Shown here in pieces: positions 40,915-51,122 of a DNA stretch of 64,000 nt (positions are counted from its first letter, which is position 1; each line of letters starts with the position of its first letter). Source of the stretch: Bacteriovoracia bacterium. Lineage in GTDB: Bacteria; Bdellovibrionota; UBA1018; JBFWNL01. The notes beneath the pieces are model-generated. The model was not told where the DNA came from. It saw nothing but the letters and a program-made list of their open reading frames with translations, and did not search any database. Made by a program: the position numbers and the translations under genes. The stretch covers positions 1 to 64,000 of the forward strand of contig JBFWNL010000009.1 of NCBI GenBank assembly GCA_050251055.1. Direction: 5' to 3'.

Positions 40915-42042
40915 CTAAAAGGTTTTCTCGAACCGAATGAAGATACCGACCGGTAGCTCCCGGTCGGAGGCGGGCATGCGATCGGCGCCGTCGCGAATGA
41001 GATCTACCGAGAGCCCAGCTTGGAAGCGACAGTTCCCTCCCGCCTCGTAACGAAGACCGGCGTAGAGAGTATTGATATAATCGTCTTTTCCGAAATATTG
41101 ATGGCTCCCAACGTATCCCGCCATCTGACTGGAAATATTTTCAAATCGATGGGCTAGCTGAATTCCGAGTTCCTTGGCTCCCCCATACGGATCGCCGAGC
41201 GACATGGCTTTGCCTAAGGTAATGTCCAAAGTCGTATGTTCCCGCTCGAAAGAGAGAATCAGTTGAGGCGTAACGCCTCCTAGGCCTTCCGAATCCGATT
41301 TTCCGGACCGGGCTCCCCAACCACGAATGATGTCCGTCATTGTATATTTGGCCCGAGCGTCGAGCGGGAAAGATCCCGGTGCCCCCTGGAATCCGGCCGA
41401 TTCTTCCATCCCATCTTCCTCAGTGATGCCGAGACCGCCGCCAGCGTGGGTGGCCCGGAGTTTAAATCCGGCGACCGGCGAAATCGAAAATCCTCCACCC
41501 CCCGACACACCTAAAGCGTCTTCCGCAAAGCGATCGGAGCGCTCCTGCGCCCGCTCCGTCGAGAACCGGGACCAATCTAGGCGAGCCCCCTGGGGATCGT
41601 AGTCGGCTAGCTTAAATTCATACTTTCCAGAATCGCTCAATGCCCCGTTCACCAGCACCTCGGTCAACGCCTGCGAAAAAGTGCGGCCGCGCTCTGCCAC
41701 GGTAACTAAATCGAGCAAGTCGCCACGGTCGTTCTCCAGGCACGCCGCAAAATCGAGCTTTAGCTCGAACGGCTTCGTAAGATCGAGGGATACGGGTTTA
41801 GACAAACAGGTAATTTCGCGATCCAGGGCGAAGTCATCCGAGAGCCGACATTGATGCTCCCGAAAAAATGGCGTCAGGGTAAATCTTAGCACTGCGTCGT
41901 CTAAAACTTCTTGGACGATCGCGCGCGCGGACTCTGGAGTAACGGCGCATGCCTTGGCTGACTCGGTCCCTTTTTCCGGGGGCGCCTGCGCGGAGGCAGA
42001 GCCCGGGCCCAGAATCAAAGCAATGATCAGCATCCACGTCAT
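40915..42042 (-). CDS. secreted protein with probable C-terminal beta-barrel
   Basis: Signal peptide; amphipathic strands; C-terminal Phe. Confidence 0.6.
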   Translation of the reverse strand: MTWMLIIALILGPGSASAQAPPEKGTESAKACAVTPESARAIVQEVLDDAVLRFTLTPFFREHQCRLSDDFALDREITCLSKPVSLDLTKPFELKLDFAACLENDRGDLLDLVTVAERGRTFSQALTEVLVNGALSDSGKYEFKLADYDPQGARLDWSRFSTERAQERSDRFAEDALGVSGGGGFSISPVAGFKLRATHAGGGLGITEEDGMEESAGFQGAPGSFPLDARAKYTMTDIIRGWGARSGKSDSEGLGGVTPQLILSFEREHTTLDITLGKAMSLGDPYGGAKELGIQLAHRFENISSQMAGYVGSHQYFGKDDYINTLYAGLRYEAGGNCRFQAGLSVDLIRDGADRMPASDRELPVGIFIRFEKTF

Positions 42043-42155
42043 AAACCCTGTAATTGCAAGGGGCTTGCCGAAGAAAACGGCGCTATTCTCCGCCCAGGCG
42101 AACCCTGGGGAGCAGGTCGTTTTCAGCTGACCAAAGTTTGGTCAGCCCGACGCCC

Positions 42156-43175
42156 CTAAGCTACGTGTTTGTTTTTAGAGCGGGGAATTCGGGAAACCGG
42201 GGCGTCTCCGCTGAGGGAAACCCGGTTGCGGCCCTGTCGCTTCGACTCGTACACACCTTCGTCGGCAGCCTGTAGTACCTGCTTCCAATTCCCGCCGTGT
42301 TCGGGAAAACTCGCGACGCCCAAGCTGATGGTCACCCGCCCCAGCGGCTGTTTTTCGCCGCTTGGGAACACGTGCCCCGCGATCGCCGCGCGCAGGGTCT
42401 CGGCGAGTTGGCGCGCCGCCCGCGCGTCGGTGCCGGGGCAAAGCACCACGAACTCCTCACCTCCGTAACGCGCACAGAGGTCCGTCTTGCGGGTGCGATC
42501 GCGAAGAATGTGCGCCACGCTCTTCAATACTTCATCCCCCGCGGGATGCCCCTGCGTGTCGTTATAATGTTTGAAGTGGTCGACATCACAGAAAATCACC
42601 GCATACTTGCCATCGTAACGGGCCGAGCGCTCGTGCTCGCGCTCGAGTTCGCGCATGAAATGGCGAAAATTACTCACTTGGGTCATCTCGTCAGTGATGG
42701 AAACCGCTTCTAGCTTGCGATTCATCTCCTCAAGCTCCTGCCGGGCCAATCGCATTTCGGTGACGTCCTTGGCGATGACCTGCAAGACCTCGTCGTAGTC
42801 GGCCAACCGCAAACCGCAGACCGAAAGCTCGAAAATCATGCCATTGCCCATTTCACAATCAAACGGGGTTTCTGCCCGTTTGGCGCGCGCCCCCCGCGCG
42901 AGATGGCGCTTAGCCGCATCCTGCGAAGAGGGGTGTACCCAATTCAGGAACTGGTCTCCTTCCAAGCGATCCGGCGCCGCGCCCAACAGCTGTTGTACCG
43001 ACGGATTGCATTCCAGTATCGTCAGGCCCTTCGGATCCAAAAAAAAGATCGCGTCACGCGTCCGAAGGAAGAGGTCCGAGTAGGTGGCGATTTCCGATAG
43101 CCGTCCCCCGACCAGCCGGCCGCCGGAATGGGAATGCGCCAAATCAACCTTCGCCGTTTTCTTTCCGGAGGACAT
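42156..43175 (-). CDS. PAS-GGDEF diguanylate cyclase
   Basis: PAS-like N-terminus, coiled coil, DVDHFK, RKTD I-site, RYGGEEF. Confidence 0.92.
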   Translation of the reverse strand: MSSGKKTAKVDLAHSHSGGRLVGGRLSEIATYSDLFLRTRDAIFFLDPKGLTILECNPSVQQLLGAAPDRLEGDQFLNWVHPSSQDAAKRHLARGARAKRAETPFDCEMGNGMIFELSVCGLRLADYDEVLQVIAKDVTEMRLARQELEEMNRKLEAVSITDEMTQVSNFRHFMRELEREHERSARYDGKYAVIFCDVDHFKHYNDTQGHPAGDEVLKSVAHILRDRTRKTDLCARYGGEEFVVLCPGTDARAARQLAETLRAAIAGHVFPSGEKQPLGRVTISLGVASFPEHGGNWKQVLQAADEGVYESKRQGRNRVSLSGDAPVSRIPRSKNKHVA

Positions 43176-43340
43176 ACCCCCTTATCGACAGGTTCCCGTT
43201 CGGAAATAACCGCCACCCGGAAAATCCCTACCGTCAAAGTTCACGCAAGGTGGGTCGTTTGAGACCCTCCCATTTTAATTTTCCCTCCCCCGCCGTCAGT
43301 CCGCTCCCGGCCCCGGGTTAGCTACCTGGGGGATACTTTC

Positions 43341-45347
43341 ATGCAGCCTAAGCTCGATAAACAAGGCCTGACCTTGCTCGAAGTCATGGTGTCGGCCGCC
43401 ATCGGCGGATTCGTGCTCTATGCTCTATCCTCTGGCGTAGTCTATAGCCTGCAAGCCCAGAACACGGTTGCCTTGAAGAACGAAGCGTTGAGCTTCGACG
43501 CGCTTGCCCGCCTCTTGTTGCTCTCCCCGGAAAACTGTCGTTTGGTGCTCGGGGCGGGCGCGAATGGCGAACCGCGGTTCGGCCCCACCGATCTACCGGC
43601 TGCCGGAGCGGCCGAAAACACCCACTTTACGATTCCGCGGCTGACCCTGGGTCGACAGACTTTGGAAACCGGCAGCTCCTACGGACGATTGAAAGTCCGC
43701 TCAATGGCGTTGGAGATTCAACCGCCGTTGCGCCCAAACGAGTACCTGGCCAGTCTCCAGGTGAAATTCGAGCGCAACTCGAACCAATTCGGACTCGCCT
43801 CGGAAACCGCTCTACCGCTCCTCCTGAAACTTCGCCCCGATTCCGCAAGCTCGGTCATTGACTCCTGCTACGGCGCGGGCGGCGGTGACGCAGGAGATGA
43901 TCCGTTCCAACCGGCCACGGCCTGCGGAGCCCTGGGCGGCCGCTGGCTAGCGGGGCAATACATGGTAAACCCACGCTGCAATCTGACGGCCGACGTAAGG
44001 TTGCGCGAAGACGAAGGCCCAGACGGAATTTACGAACTGAACGGGCGCAGCACCCGAAACGGCGAACGCGTGACCGAGTGCTACTACCAGAAACCCAGCG
44101 AAGCGATCGTGCGGACCTATGCGTGCCGAGGTCTGACGAATAATCGCCAGGGTCCTCGCTGCGTATTCAAGACCGATATCAAGAAATGGGTCATCCAGAA
44201 TTTTTCCTCCGACGGGGTACCCGGCATCGTTAAAGAAACCTGCACCAAAGGAGTGCTTTACACGCTCAACACCGGAAGCGCGATGATCTTGGAACATGAC
44301 GAAAATCTCGATGTCGCGTACGGCCGCCCGCTATACCCCGACCAACGTATCGATCGGCTAGGGATCGTTAACCGTTGCCAATACATATCGGATGGGGACT
44401 TCTGGAAACCCTGCGGAAATCCCACCGATCCGCAACGGGCGATCGCCGGCGACAAGGAAGCTTGTATCTTTGTCACGAAAGTGAAGCTCACTGGCGACAA
44501 CACCTTAGCGCGCGTCCGAGACTACAATGAGGCCTGCGCCGCGGCTCGCGCGGCGAATCCGCCGAACCAGCCGGGAACCACGCCCGGAAACGGGGGGGGC
44601 GCGACGGCGCTTCGCGTTCCGGTCGGCGGCGGAAACTCCGGGGGCTCGTATGGAGGGACAGGGAGCGGCGCCACCCTTCCTGGTCAGTCCGACCCCGGGA
44701 CAAACTCACCCGCCGATGATCAGTACGGAATGCCGTTCAGTGGAAGCTCGGCCTGCGAACTCATTGATCCTAACCAGTACACCGGATGGGTAAACGTCAC
44801 TTCCCTCCGCAAATTCGCGGCTTCCGGATCGGCGACGAATCCCCTGGCGAAAATCACCGAAGCGACCGGATTTCCCTGCTTCCAAGTGGAAGTAAACCCG
44901 GCCATGCCGACCTTGGAAGGCATTGGCGCGATCTCCAACATGGGCCCCGACGAGGACCTTCGGCTGAATCCCACGAAAGTCGCCCAGTGTTTTCACGCCG
45001 CCCGTGACGCCAGCGATGCCGGCGAAAATCGAGACGCGCGCATCGCGTGCGACAATAGCGCGGTGGATTTAACGGGAGACCCCAGTGACCCGGACTACGC
45101 GGGCCCCGTGCTCAACAAGGGCGCCTGCTGGTACGTGCGGAACACGAAAGTTGCCGGCTATAGCCCCAGCCAAGCCTATACAGGGTGGTTGCAACTCACG
45201 AAGGATCTGCCGGAAAACAAGTTCAAGCACAAGTTGGTTGGAGGGGTATGGGCGCTGGAGCCAGTCGACAATGCGAAGATCAACGGGATTCCTTGCCGTT
45301 CTTACGTCGCGGGGGACGTCCGCGCGGGCGTGCGTAAGCACGAATAG
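43341..45347 (+). CDS. large prepilin-type N-terminal methylation domain protein
   Basis: KQG|LTLLEVMV class III signal; 668 aa, Cys-rich C-terminal region. Confidence 0.8.
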   Translation: MQPKLDKQGLTLLEVMVSAAIGGFVLYALSSGVVYSLQAQNTVALKNEALSFDALARLLLLSPENCRLVLGAGANGEPRFGPTDLPAAGAAENTHFTIPRLTLGRQTLETGSSYGRLKVRSMALEIQPPLRPNEYLASLQVKFERNSNQFGLASETALPLLLKLRPDSASSVIDSCYGAGGGDAGDDPFQPATACGALGGRWLAGQYMVNPRCNLTADVRLREDEGPDGIYELNGRSTRNGERVTECYYQKPSEAIVRTYACRGLTNNRQGPRCVFKTDIKKWVIQNFSSDGVPGIVKETCTKGVLYTLNTGSAMILEHDENLDVAYGRPLYPDQRIDRLGIVNRCQYISDGDFWKPCGNPTDPQRAIAGDKEACIFVTKVKLTGDNTLARVRDYNEACAAARAANPPNQPGTTPGNGGGATALRVPVGGGNSGGSYGGTGSGATLPGQSDPGTNSPADDQYGMPFSGSSACELIDPNQYTGWVNVTSLRKFAASGSATNPLAKITEATGFPCFQVEVNPAMPTLEGIGAISNMGPDEDLRLNPTKVAQCFHAARDASDAGENRDARIACDNSAVDLTGDPSDPDYAGPVLNKGACWYVRNTKVAGYSPSQAYTGWLQLTKDLPENKFKHKLVGGVWALEPVDNAKINGIPCRSYVAGDVRAGVRKHE

Positions 45348-45383
45348 CTTGAAACAGCAGAATCGAATACCTATATTGCAAGG

Positions 45384-46046
45384 ATGAAGACCCAGCTCAC
45401 TTTGGTGATCGGCGATAAAAATCTTTCCTCCTGGTCGATGCGCCCCTGGCTTGCCCTCAAAGCCTCCGGTCTCCCCTTCCGCGAAGTCAGGATCGCTCTC
45501 GATACGCCGAAAACAAGAGCACGAATCGCCCACCACTCCCCTTCCGGAAAGGTACCGGTGCTTCAAATCCGTGGCGCCGGCCGACCGTCACTGCATGTCT
45601 GGGACTCGCTCGCGATTTGCGAAACCATCGCCGAGCTCGCCCCCCGGGTAAATCTATGGCCGAGCAATCCCTTGGCGCGCGCCCGCGCCCGCGCCTACGC
45701 CGCGGAGATGCACTCCGGCTTCAGCTCCCTCCGTACCCAGCTTTCTATGGACATCAAGCTGCGGATGAAGGTCAAACACCTCCTTCCCCAAACGGTGGCA
45801 GACATACGACGGGTCCACGCGATCTGGAAGGAAGCTCTCGGGCGGAGCGACGGTCCGTTTTTGTTCGGAGAGTTCGGAATCGTCGACGCTTTCTATGCGC
45901 CCGTGGTGATGCGTTTTGTTTCGTATGGAATCGAAACGCGAGACAAAACTATCGTACGCTATATGGAGGACATTCAAACTCAACCGTTTGTTAAAGCGTG
46001 GGTAAAGTCAGCGAGGCGGGAGAACCCACGTTACGCACTCTTTTAG
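45384..46046 (+). CDS. glutathione S-transferase family protein
   Basis: SSWSMRPWL, GKVPVL, WDSLAICE, AEMHSGF, DAFYAPV. Confidence 0.92.
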   Translation: MKTQLTLVIGDKNLSSWSMRPWLALKASGLPFREVRIALDTPKTRARIAHHSPSGKVPVLQIRGAGRPSLHVWDSLAICETIAELAPRVNLWPSNPLARARARAYAAEMHSGFSSLRTQLSMDIKLRMKVKHLLPQTVADIRRVHAIWKEALGRSDGPFLFGEFGIVDAFYAPVVMRFVSYGIETRDKTIVRYMEDIQTQPFVKAWVKSARRENPRYALF

Positions 46047-46113
46047 TGTTTGACCGACTGCGACATCGTTGCTACCTCTCGCGACGTCCGAACTTTCAAA
46101 CGGGAGGCATGAG

Positions 46114-46479
46114 ATGAAAAAACTGTTTTTACTTGGACTATTCGCCGGTGTGATCGGCGGCGGGGCGGCATACGCGGATGTGACTTCCCCCAAGGCCGTG
46201 CTGAATTGCCGTATTCATTCCCAATACTTGAAGATCACTAAAACTTTTCGGGTGGACCTCGCCGCGAAGACCATCTTGGGGAACTCGGTCGAAAACGGGC
46301 GCCGGGTGATCTCCTGGTCGCTTTCTGAATGTGAAGACAACTCTGAGTTGAGCTTCGATGAGACGGAATTTAGCGAGCTAGTTCAAGGCAAAGCGAAGTC
46401 GGTTTGGGCAGAAATCACTCATGCCGAGCCAGACTTCGAACTGAAGGGCAACGCTAAGTGCTCCTTAGCTAAAAAGTAA
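46114..46479 (+). CDS. secreted hypothetical protein
   Basis: GGAGG RBS; signal peptide ending AYA. Confidence 0.7.
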   Translation: MKKLFLLGLFAGVIGGGAAYADVTSPKAVLNCRIHSQYLKITKTFRVDLAAKTILGNSVENGRRVISWSLSECEDNSELSFDETEFSELVQGKAKSVWAEITHAEPDFELKGNAKCSLAKK

Positions 46480-46622
46480 TTCGAATTCGACGGAGGGAAA
46501 AACCTTCGTCTCTTCGACACCCCTTGCCCAGCGCGTAAGATCTCTAATTCATTGCGCAAATGTTACGGTTTCGTAACTTCTTTGGCGTCACATTTCGGGC
46601 TCTATCCGCCGAAAAGAGCTTT

Positions 46623-47894
46623 ATGAAGCCCCTTTGGTTTCGGCTGATCAGGCCATCTCCCCTCGTCATCCGCGATGAAGAGCGCAGGCGCGCGCGGTTG
46701 CTGAGCGCCTTAATCCTGGGCTACATCCTGGTCTTGATCCCCCTCTTTTCGTGGTTGGCGTATCTGGCTTCGCTCCACCGAGGTGCCGGCTGGACCGGGG
46801 TCGTGATGCTCGGCACCGCCATCGTCGTATACTCAGGCGCCTATGGCTTTTCCCGCACCCGCTACTTTCGTGCCGCCGGCATCTTCTTCGTCAGTTACAT
46901 GAACTTCGCCACTTTTCTTTCCCTGGTTTGGATCGACGAAGGCCCGCATGTTCCCTTGATGGCGATGCCCTACTTCGCCATCTCTTTTTTCGTCCTCAGT
47001 CTCTTCAGTCGGCCACGCTGGCTCGCGTTGAACTTCGCATGGGTAACGCTTCTGATCGCCGTGTCGATCTACACGAGCCGTGCGCTGGATTTCGAATTCG
47101 GCGTCTTGGGTTTTTTCTTCAATGCATGCGTTTTTCTCGTGACCTGGCTCGGAGTGACGATACGGGATGCGGATCTCCGACAGATTGACTCCGAACGTCT
47201 GCGATACTTCCAATCATCGAAGCTCGCGTCGCTCGGAGAAATGGCGGCGGGGATCGCGCATGAGATCAATAATCCGTTGGCCATCATCAAGGCCCATTCG
47301 TCGAAGCTGCAGAGCGCGGGCATTCCACCGGACGCGCTGGCCTCCGCCCAGAAGATCGACGTCATCTCCGATCGTATCGCTAAGATCATTCAAGGAATGC
47401 GCGGACTGACAAGAAACTCCGATCGCGACCAGCTGGAATTGATCCAGCTGCGCACGGTTTGGGAAGACGTCCTAGCCGTTTCGCGCGAACGCTTGGCGCG
47501 AGCCGGCATCAATCTCATCGTCGGAGAAATCCCCGACTGTACCGTGCGGGGCCGCCCATCCCAGATTGGGCAGGTGTTATTAAATCTGCTCAATAACGCT
47601 TACGACGCTCAGGAAGGACAAACCGACAAGTGGATCCGCGTCGAAGGTCAGGCCACGGGCGAACGGCTCACGGTCTCCGTCACCGACAGTGGCAAAGGGA
47701 TCCCGCTGCCGGTCAGGCAACGTATTATGGAGCCCTTCTTCACGACCAAACCCCCCGGCAAAGGCACCGGCCTCGGCCTGAGTATTTCGCGAAAAATTAT
47801 CGAGGACCACGGCGGACTCTTACGTTACGATGACACGTCACCCAACACTCGTTTCGTGATCGAGCTACGACTCGCACGCCGACAAGCGGCGTGA
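46623..47894 (+). CDS. orphan membrane sensor histidine kinase
   Basis: Multiple TMs; AHEINNPL, NLLNNAYDA, DSGKG, FFTTK, GTGLGL. Confidence 0.93.
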   Translation: MKPLWFRLIRPSPLVIRDEERRRARLLSALILGYILVLIPLFSWLAYLASLHRGAGWTGVVMLGTAIVVYSGAYGFSRTRYFRAAGIFFVSYMNFATFLSLVWIDEGPHVPLMAMPYFAISFFVLSLFSRPRWLALNFAWVTLLIAVSIYTSRALDFEFGVLGFFFNACVFLVTWLGVTIRDADLRQIDSERLRYFQSSKLASLGEMAAGIAHEINNPLAIIKAHSSKLQSAGIPPDALASAQKIDVISDRIAKIIQGMRGLTRNSDRDQLELIQLRTVWEDVLAVSRERLARAGINLIVGEIPDCTVRGRPSQIGQVLLNLLNNAYDAQEGQTDKWIRVEGQATGERLTVSVTDSGKGIPLPVRQRIMEPFFTTKPPGKGTGLGLSISRKIIEDHGGLLRYDDTSPNTRFVIELRLARRQAA

Positions 47895-47898
47895 GAAG

Positions 47899-49206
47899 CT
47901 AAGTAGACATACGGGTGACGGAATCTTCCGACGGTCGCAGGACAAAATACAAACCCGCGATCACCGCCAAGATAATGCCCGCTACCAGGAACTCGGATCC
48001 GCGGCCTTGGCTCAGAATGGCGAGACAGACCACTAAACCCAGGGCCGGCACCGCGGCCGGAACTTCGAAGCGGCCTTTCAAGGGATCCCGACGCTGCAGG
48101 ACGATCAGACTGAGATTGACCACGGAAAAGCAAAGCAACAAGAGTAAGCTCGTCGCCTTGGCGAGAACGGCGACATCGCCGCTCAAAGCGAGAATCAGCA
48201 AAATCACCAGCAACACACCAATCGCCCGGTGCGGAGTCGCGCGCTTTGGATGGAGCGTCCCCAGAAAACGCGGCAGCAGCCCTTGGCCCGCCATACCGTA
48301 AAGCAGCCGGGAGCCCATGACGAAGTTCAACAGCGCCGTATTAGAAACGGCGAGCATCGAAACGAAACTGTAAACCGGCGTGGGAAAACCGGGTGACGCG
48401 CGCTTCACGACGTCGACGAGCGGTTGCGATGAGGCCGCGAGCTCGGGCGCAGGCACCACCGACACGGCAATCACGCTGATCAACATATAAATAATCGAAG
48501 AGAACGCGACCGCCATGACCAGCGCCTTGGGCAGGGTACGGGGCGCGTCCTTCACCTCTTCGCTGACATTCAAGATATCCTCGAAGCCAATAAAGGAATA
48601 AAACGTCAGCACGGCGCCGCCCAGGAGCAACGAAGCCGTGATCGTGCCCTCGGGATTGGCGGTCGTCACCGCATCGAGGTAGTTCACCTGGCCAATGTAG
48701 CTCGCGCCCAAGAGAATAATCACCAATAGACCGGCGATCTCAATACCTGCAAGTACGCTGTTGACCCAAATCGTCTCGCGAATGCCGCGAAAAATCACCA
48801 CCGCGAGTACTAACGCGAATCCTACGATCACTACCGGCGCCGTAAACGAGGAAAAAAGCCCAGTAAAATAACCGGCGAACACCCGACAAGCGGCGGCCAT
48901 CGAGGTCAAGCCCGAAGCGAGCACCGCTAGGCCTACGGCATAAGCGAGGAAACTGTTGCCAAATGCCCGATGGGCGATAAACGACGCGCCTCCCGCATGC
49001 GCGTATCGCGAACCCAACGACGCATAGGAGAGCCCCGTGAACGCCGCGGCGATCATGCTAACAAAAAAAGCCATCCAAACGGCGTTACCAACTTGACCAG
49101 CGGCCTTACCCACCAAGCCATAAATTCCGGCGCCGAGGATATCGCCCATGCCGTAAAGAACGAGGGGCCATAGGGTGATGTGCTGCTTTAACACCGTTTT
49201 GGTCAT
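47899..49206 (-). CDS. APC family amino acid permease
   Basis: LGAGIY, FYSFIGFED, ~12 TMs. Confidence 0.9.
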   Translation of the reverse strand: MTKTVLKQHITLWPLVLYGMGDILGAGIYGLVGKAAGQVGNAVWMAFFVSMIAAAFTGLSYASLGSRYAHAGGASFIAHRAFGNSFLAYAVGLAVLASGLTSMAAACRVFAGYFTGLFSSFTAPVVIVGFALVLAVVIFRGIRETIWVNSVLAGIEIAGLLVIILLGASYIGQVNYLDAVTTANPEGTITASLLLGGAVLTFYSFIGFEDILNVSEEVKDAPRTLPKALVMAVAFSSIIYMLISVIAVSVVPAPELAASSQPLVDVVKRASPGFPTPVYSFVSMLAVSNTALLNFVMGSRLLYGMAGQGLLPRFLGTLHPKRATPHRAIGVLLVILLILALSGDVAVLAKATSLLLLLCFSVVNLSLIVLQRRDPLKGRFEVPAAVPALGLVVCLAILSQGRGSEFLVAGIILAVIAGLYFVLRPSEDSVTRMST

Positions 49207-49286
49207 ACCCGCTCGGTATTGAAGAAACCGTCATCTGGCAACGACTATTCATTGGTCTACGTGGACAATTTTGTTAGGTTAGCGGA

Positions 49287-50126
49287 ATGAATATTCTCGA
49301 ACAATTTTTCAGCGACGCCAAAAATCTCCAAAAATCCGTAGCGGCTGCCATTGCCATTTTTATCTGCGTCATCATCGGCGCGGCCGGGACCTTCGTCATC
49401 CCACCCGGACATCGCGGCGTGTTAGTCACGATGGGGAAGGTCTCTCCTGCTTTCGCCCCGGAAGGATTTGGCGTTAAGGCGCCCTTCGTGACGACCGTCA
49501 TGCCCATTTCGGTTCGCCAGCAGACGAAGACCACGCAAGCGGATTGCTACTCGTCCGATTTGCAGCAAATTAGCATCGAGCTGAAAGTTCTTTACCGGAT
49601 CTCCGAGAACATGGTCGTGAAAATTTTCCAGGACTACGCCGGCGATCCTTTCGACAGCCTAGTTTCCCCGCGCGTGGCCGAAGCCTTGAAGGAAGTGACG
49701 GCCCTCCAAAGCGCCGAGCAAGTTGTGAAGAAGCGCGAGGAAATCAAGACGCGAGCCTTGGCCGCGGCGCGGACCAAGGTCGGCAGCCTCTTGGTGATCG
49801 AAGACATCGTCATTCAAAACGTCGCGCTCTCCAAAGAGCTTGAATCCGCGATCGAGGCGAAAATGGTTCAAGAACAGGAAGCCGCGAAAGCCAAGTTCAT
49901 CCAGCAGAAAGCCGAAGTAGAAGCGAACACTGCGATCATCCGCGCCAAGGGCGAAGCGGAAGCGATCCGTGTGCGGGGGCGCGCGCTCCAAGACAGCCCT
50001 GGTTTGGTGCAGCTGCAAATCGTGGAAAAATGGAACGGCATCTCCCCTTTGGTCGTGGGTAGTGGCGGAGGCGGCGCGAATATCCTGCTCCCGCTCGGTA
50101 ACGTCAATCCCAAAGCCCCGAAATGA
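49287..50126 (+). CDS. prohibitin/SPFH domain protein
   Basis: SSDLQ, AIEAK, AKGEAEA, EKWNG. Confidence 0.9.
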   Translation: MNILEQFFSDAKNLQKSVAAAIAIFICVIIGAAGTFVIPPGHRGVLVTMGKVSPAFAPEGFGVKAPFVTTVMPISVRQQTKTTQADCYSSDLQQISIELKVLYRISENMVVKIFQDYAGDPFDSLVSPRVAEALKEVTALQSAEQVVKKREEIKTRALAAARTKVGSLLVIEDIVIQNVALSKELESAIEAKMVQEQEAAKAKFIQQKAEVEANTAIIRAKGEAEAIRVRGRALQDSPGLVQLQIVEKWNGISPLVVGSGGGGANILLPLGNVNPKAPK

Positions 50127-50320
50127 AGCAACAGCTCCGAGGGATTGTCCAAGTCGTCGCCCTTTGTTTTTTCGCCTATTTTCTGGTGCGCCTCTTTCCG
50201 CTGGTCATCCGCCTCGTCGAAGCCTCCGCCATGGGAATACGGCAGCTATGGTGGGCCGTACTGATCGTCGCTTTGGGCGGCTGGCTCATCTGGGTGTTTC
50301 GGAGCCGAAATTCCGGCTAA
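50123..50320 (+). CDS. small two-TM membrane protein
   Basis: ATGA overlap with the SPFH gene; two hydrophobic segments. Confidence 0.6.
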   Translation: MKQQLRGIVQVVALCFFAYFLVRLFPLVIRLVEASAMGIRQLWWAVLIVALGGWLIWVFRSRNSG

Positions 50321-50997
50321 ACCGCCATTTTGCGAATCACGCCAGCGAGCACGCCTTCGATCCGGAAGTCCGATTCCACCATTGACTCCACGACAATGGG
50401 TTTGAACGCCGGGTTCGCGGGGTGTAGTTCCACCCGATCGCGCATCCGGTAGAAACGTTTGATCGTGGCTTCGTTGCCGATGAGGGCAACCACGGTTTGA
50501 CCATTCTGGGCGTCGGCTTGCTTTTTGATCACGGCGAAGTCTCCATCCAATATGCCGTCCTCGATCATGGAACTGCCCGACACCTTCAGGACGAAGTGTT
50601 CACCCTGCCTGAGCATCGATGCGGGAACCTCGATTGATTCCGGAGTTTCTATTGCTTCAATGGGACGCCCGGCGGCGACCCGGCCTAAAAGTGGGATGGG
50701 AACCGTCCCGCTCCCGTCACGGCTATCGTGCCTGATGGAGGAGCCCTGCCTGGCCGCGGGGTGTGTGGTGGAGGGTGGTGTTTTCAGAAGCTGGATGCCC
50801 CTGCGGGCGTTCCAGGATTTCTGTAGAGCGCCTTGGCGCTCCAAGCGGACCAGGTAGTTCTGGACGGTTCCCAAAGATTGAAAGCCAAAGTGCTGGGCGA
50901 TTTCGTGCTGCGAAGGCGCGTATCCCTTCTCCGCCCTGAACTGTTCGATGAACTCGAGCACCTTCAGTTGTTTGGGCGTCAGCACTGCATCTGCCAT
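50317..50997 (-). CDS. lexA: SOS repressor LexA
   Basis: LTPKQ..GYAPS..EIA HTH; VAAG cleavage site; GSSM catalytic Ser; ATIKR catalytic Lys. Confidence 0.95.
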   Translation of the reverse strand: MADAVLTPKQLKVLEFIEQFRAEKGYAPSQHEIAQHFGFQSLGTVQNYLVRLERQGALQKSWNARRGIQLLKTPPSTTHPAARQGSSIRHDSRDGSGTVPIPLLGRVAAGRPIEAIETPESIEVPASMLRQGEHFVLKVSGSSMIEDGILDGDFAVIKKQADAQNGQTVVALIGNEATIKRFYRMRDRVELHPANPAFKPIVVESMVESDFRIEGVLAGVIRKMAV

Positions 50998-51003
50998 ACA
51001 AAT

Positions 51004-51032
51004 ACAATATGCGTAAGTTATGCGTAAGTCAA
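51004..51032 (-). promoter_or_regulatory. lexA promoter with tandem 11-bp repeat (candidate SOS box)
   Basis: TTGACT, 17 bp, TATTGT on the minus strand; TATGCGTAAGT x2 at 51008-51029. Confidence 0.7.
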
Positions 51033-51122
51033 TTTTAATTCAAATCCGATTGTTTTGATTGGTTATTGAGGCTATTATGGAAAGGCTGAGGGATTTGGGA
51101 GGGGTTGGTTAGGACCAACCCG

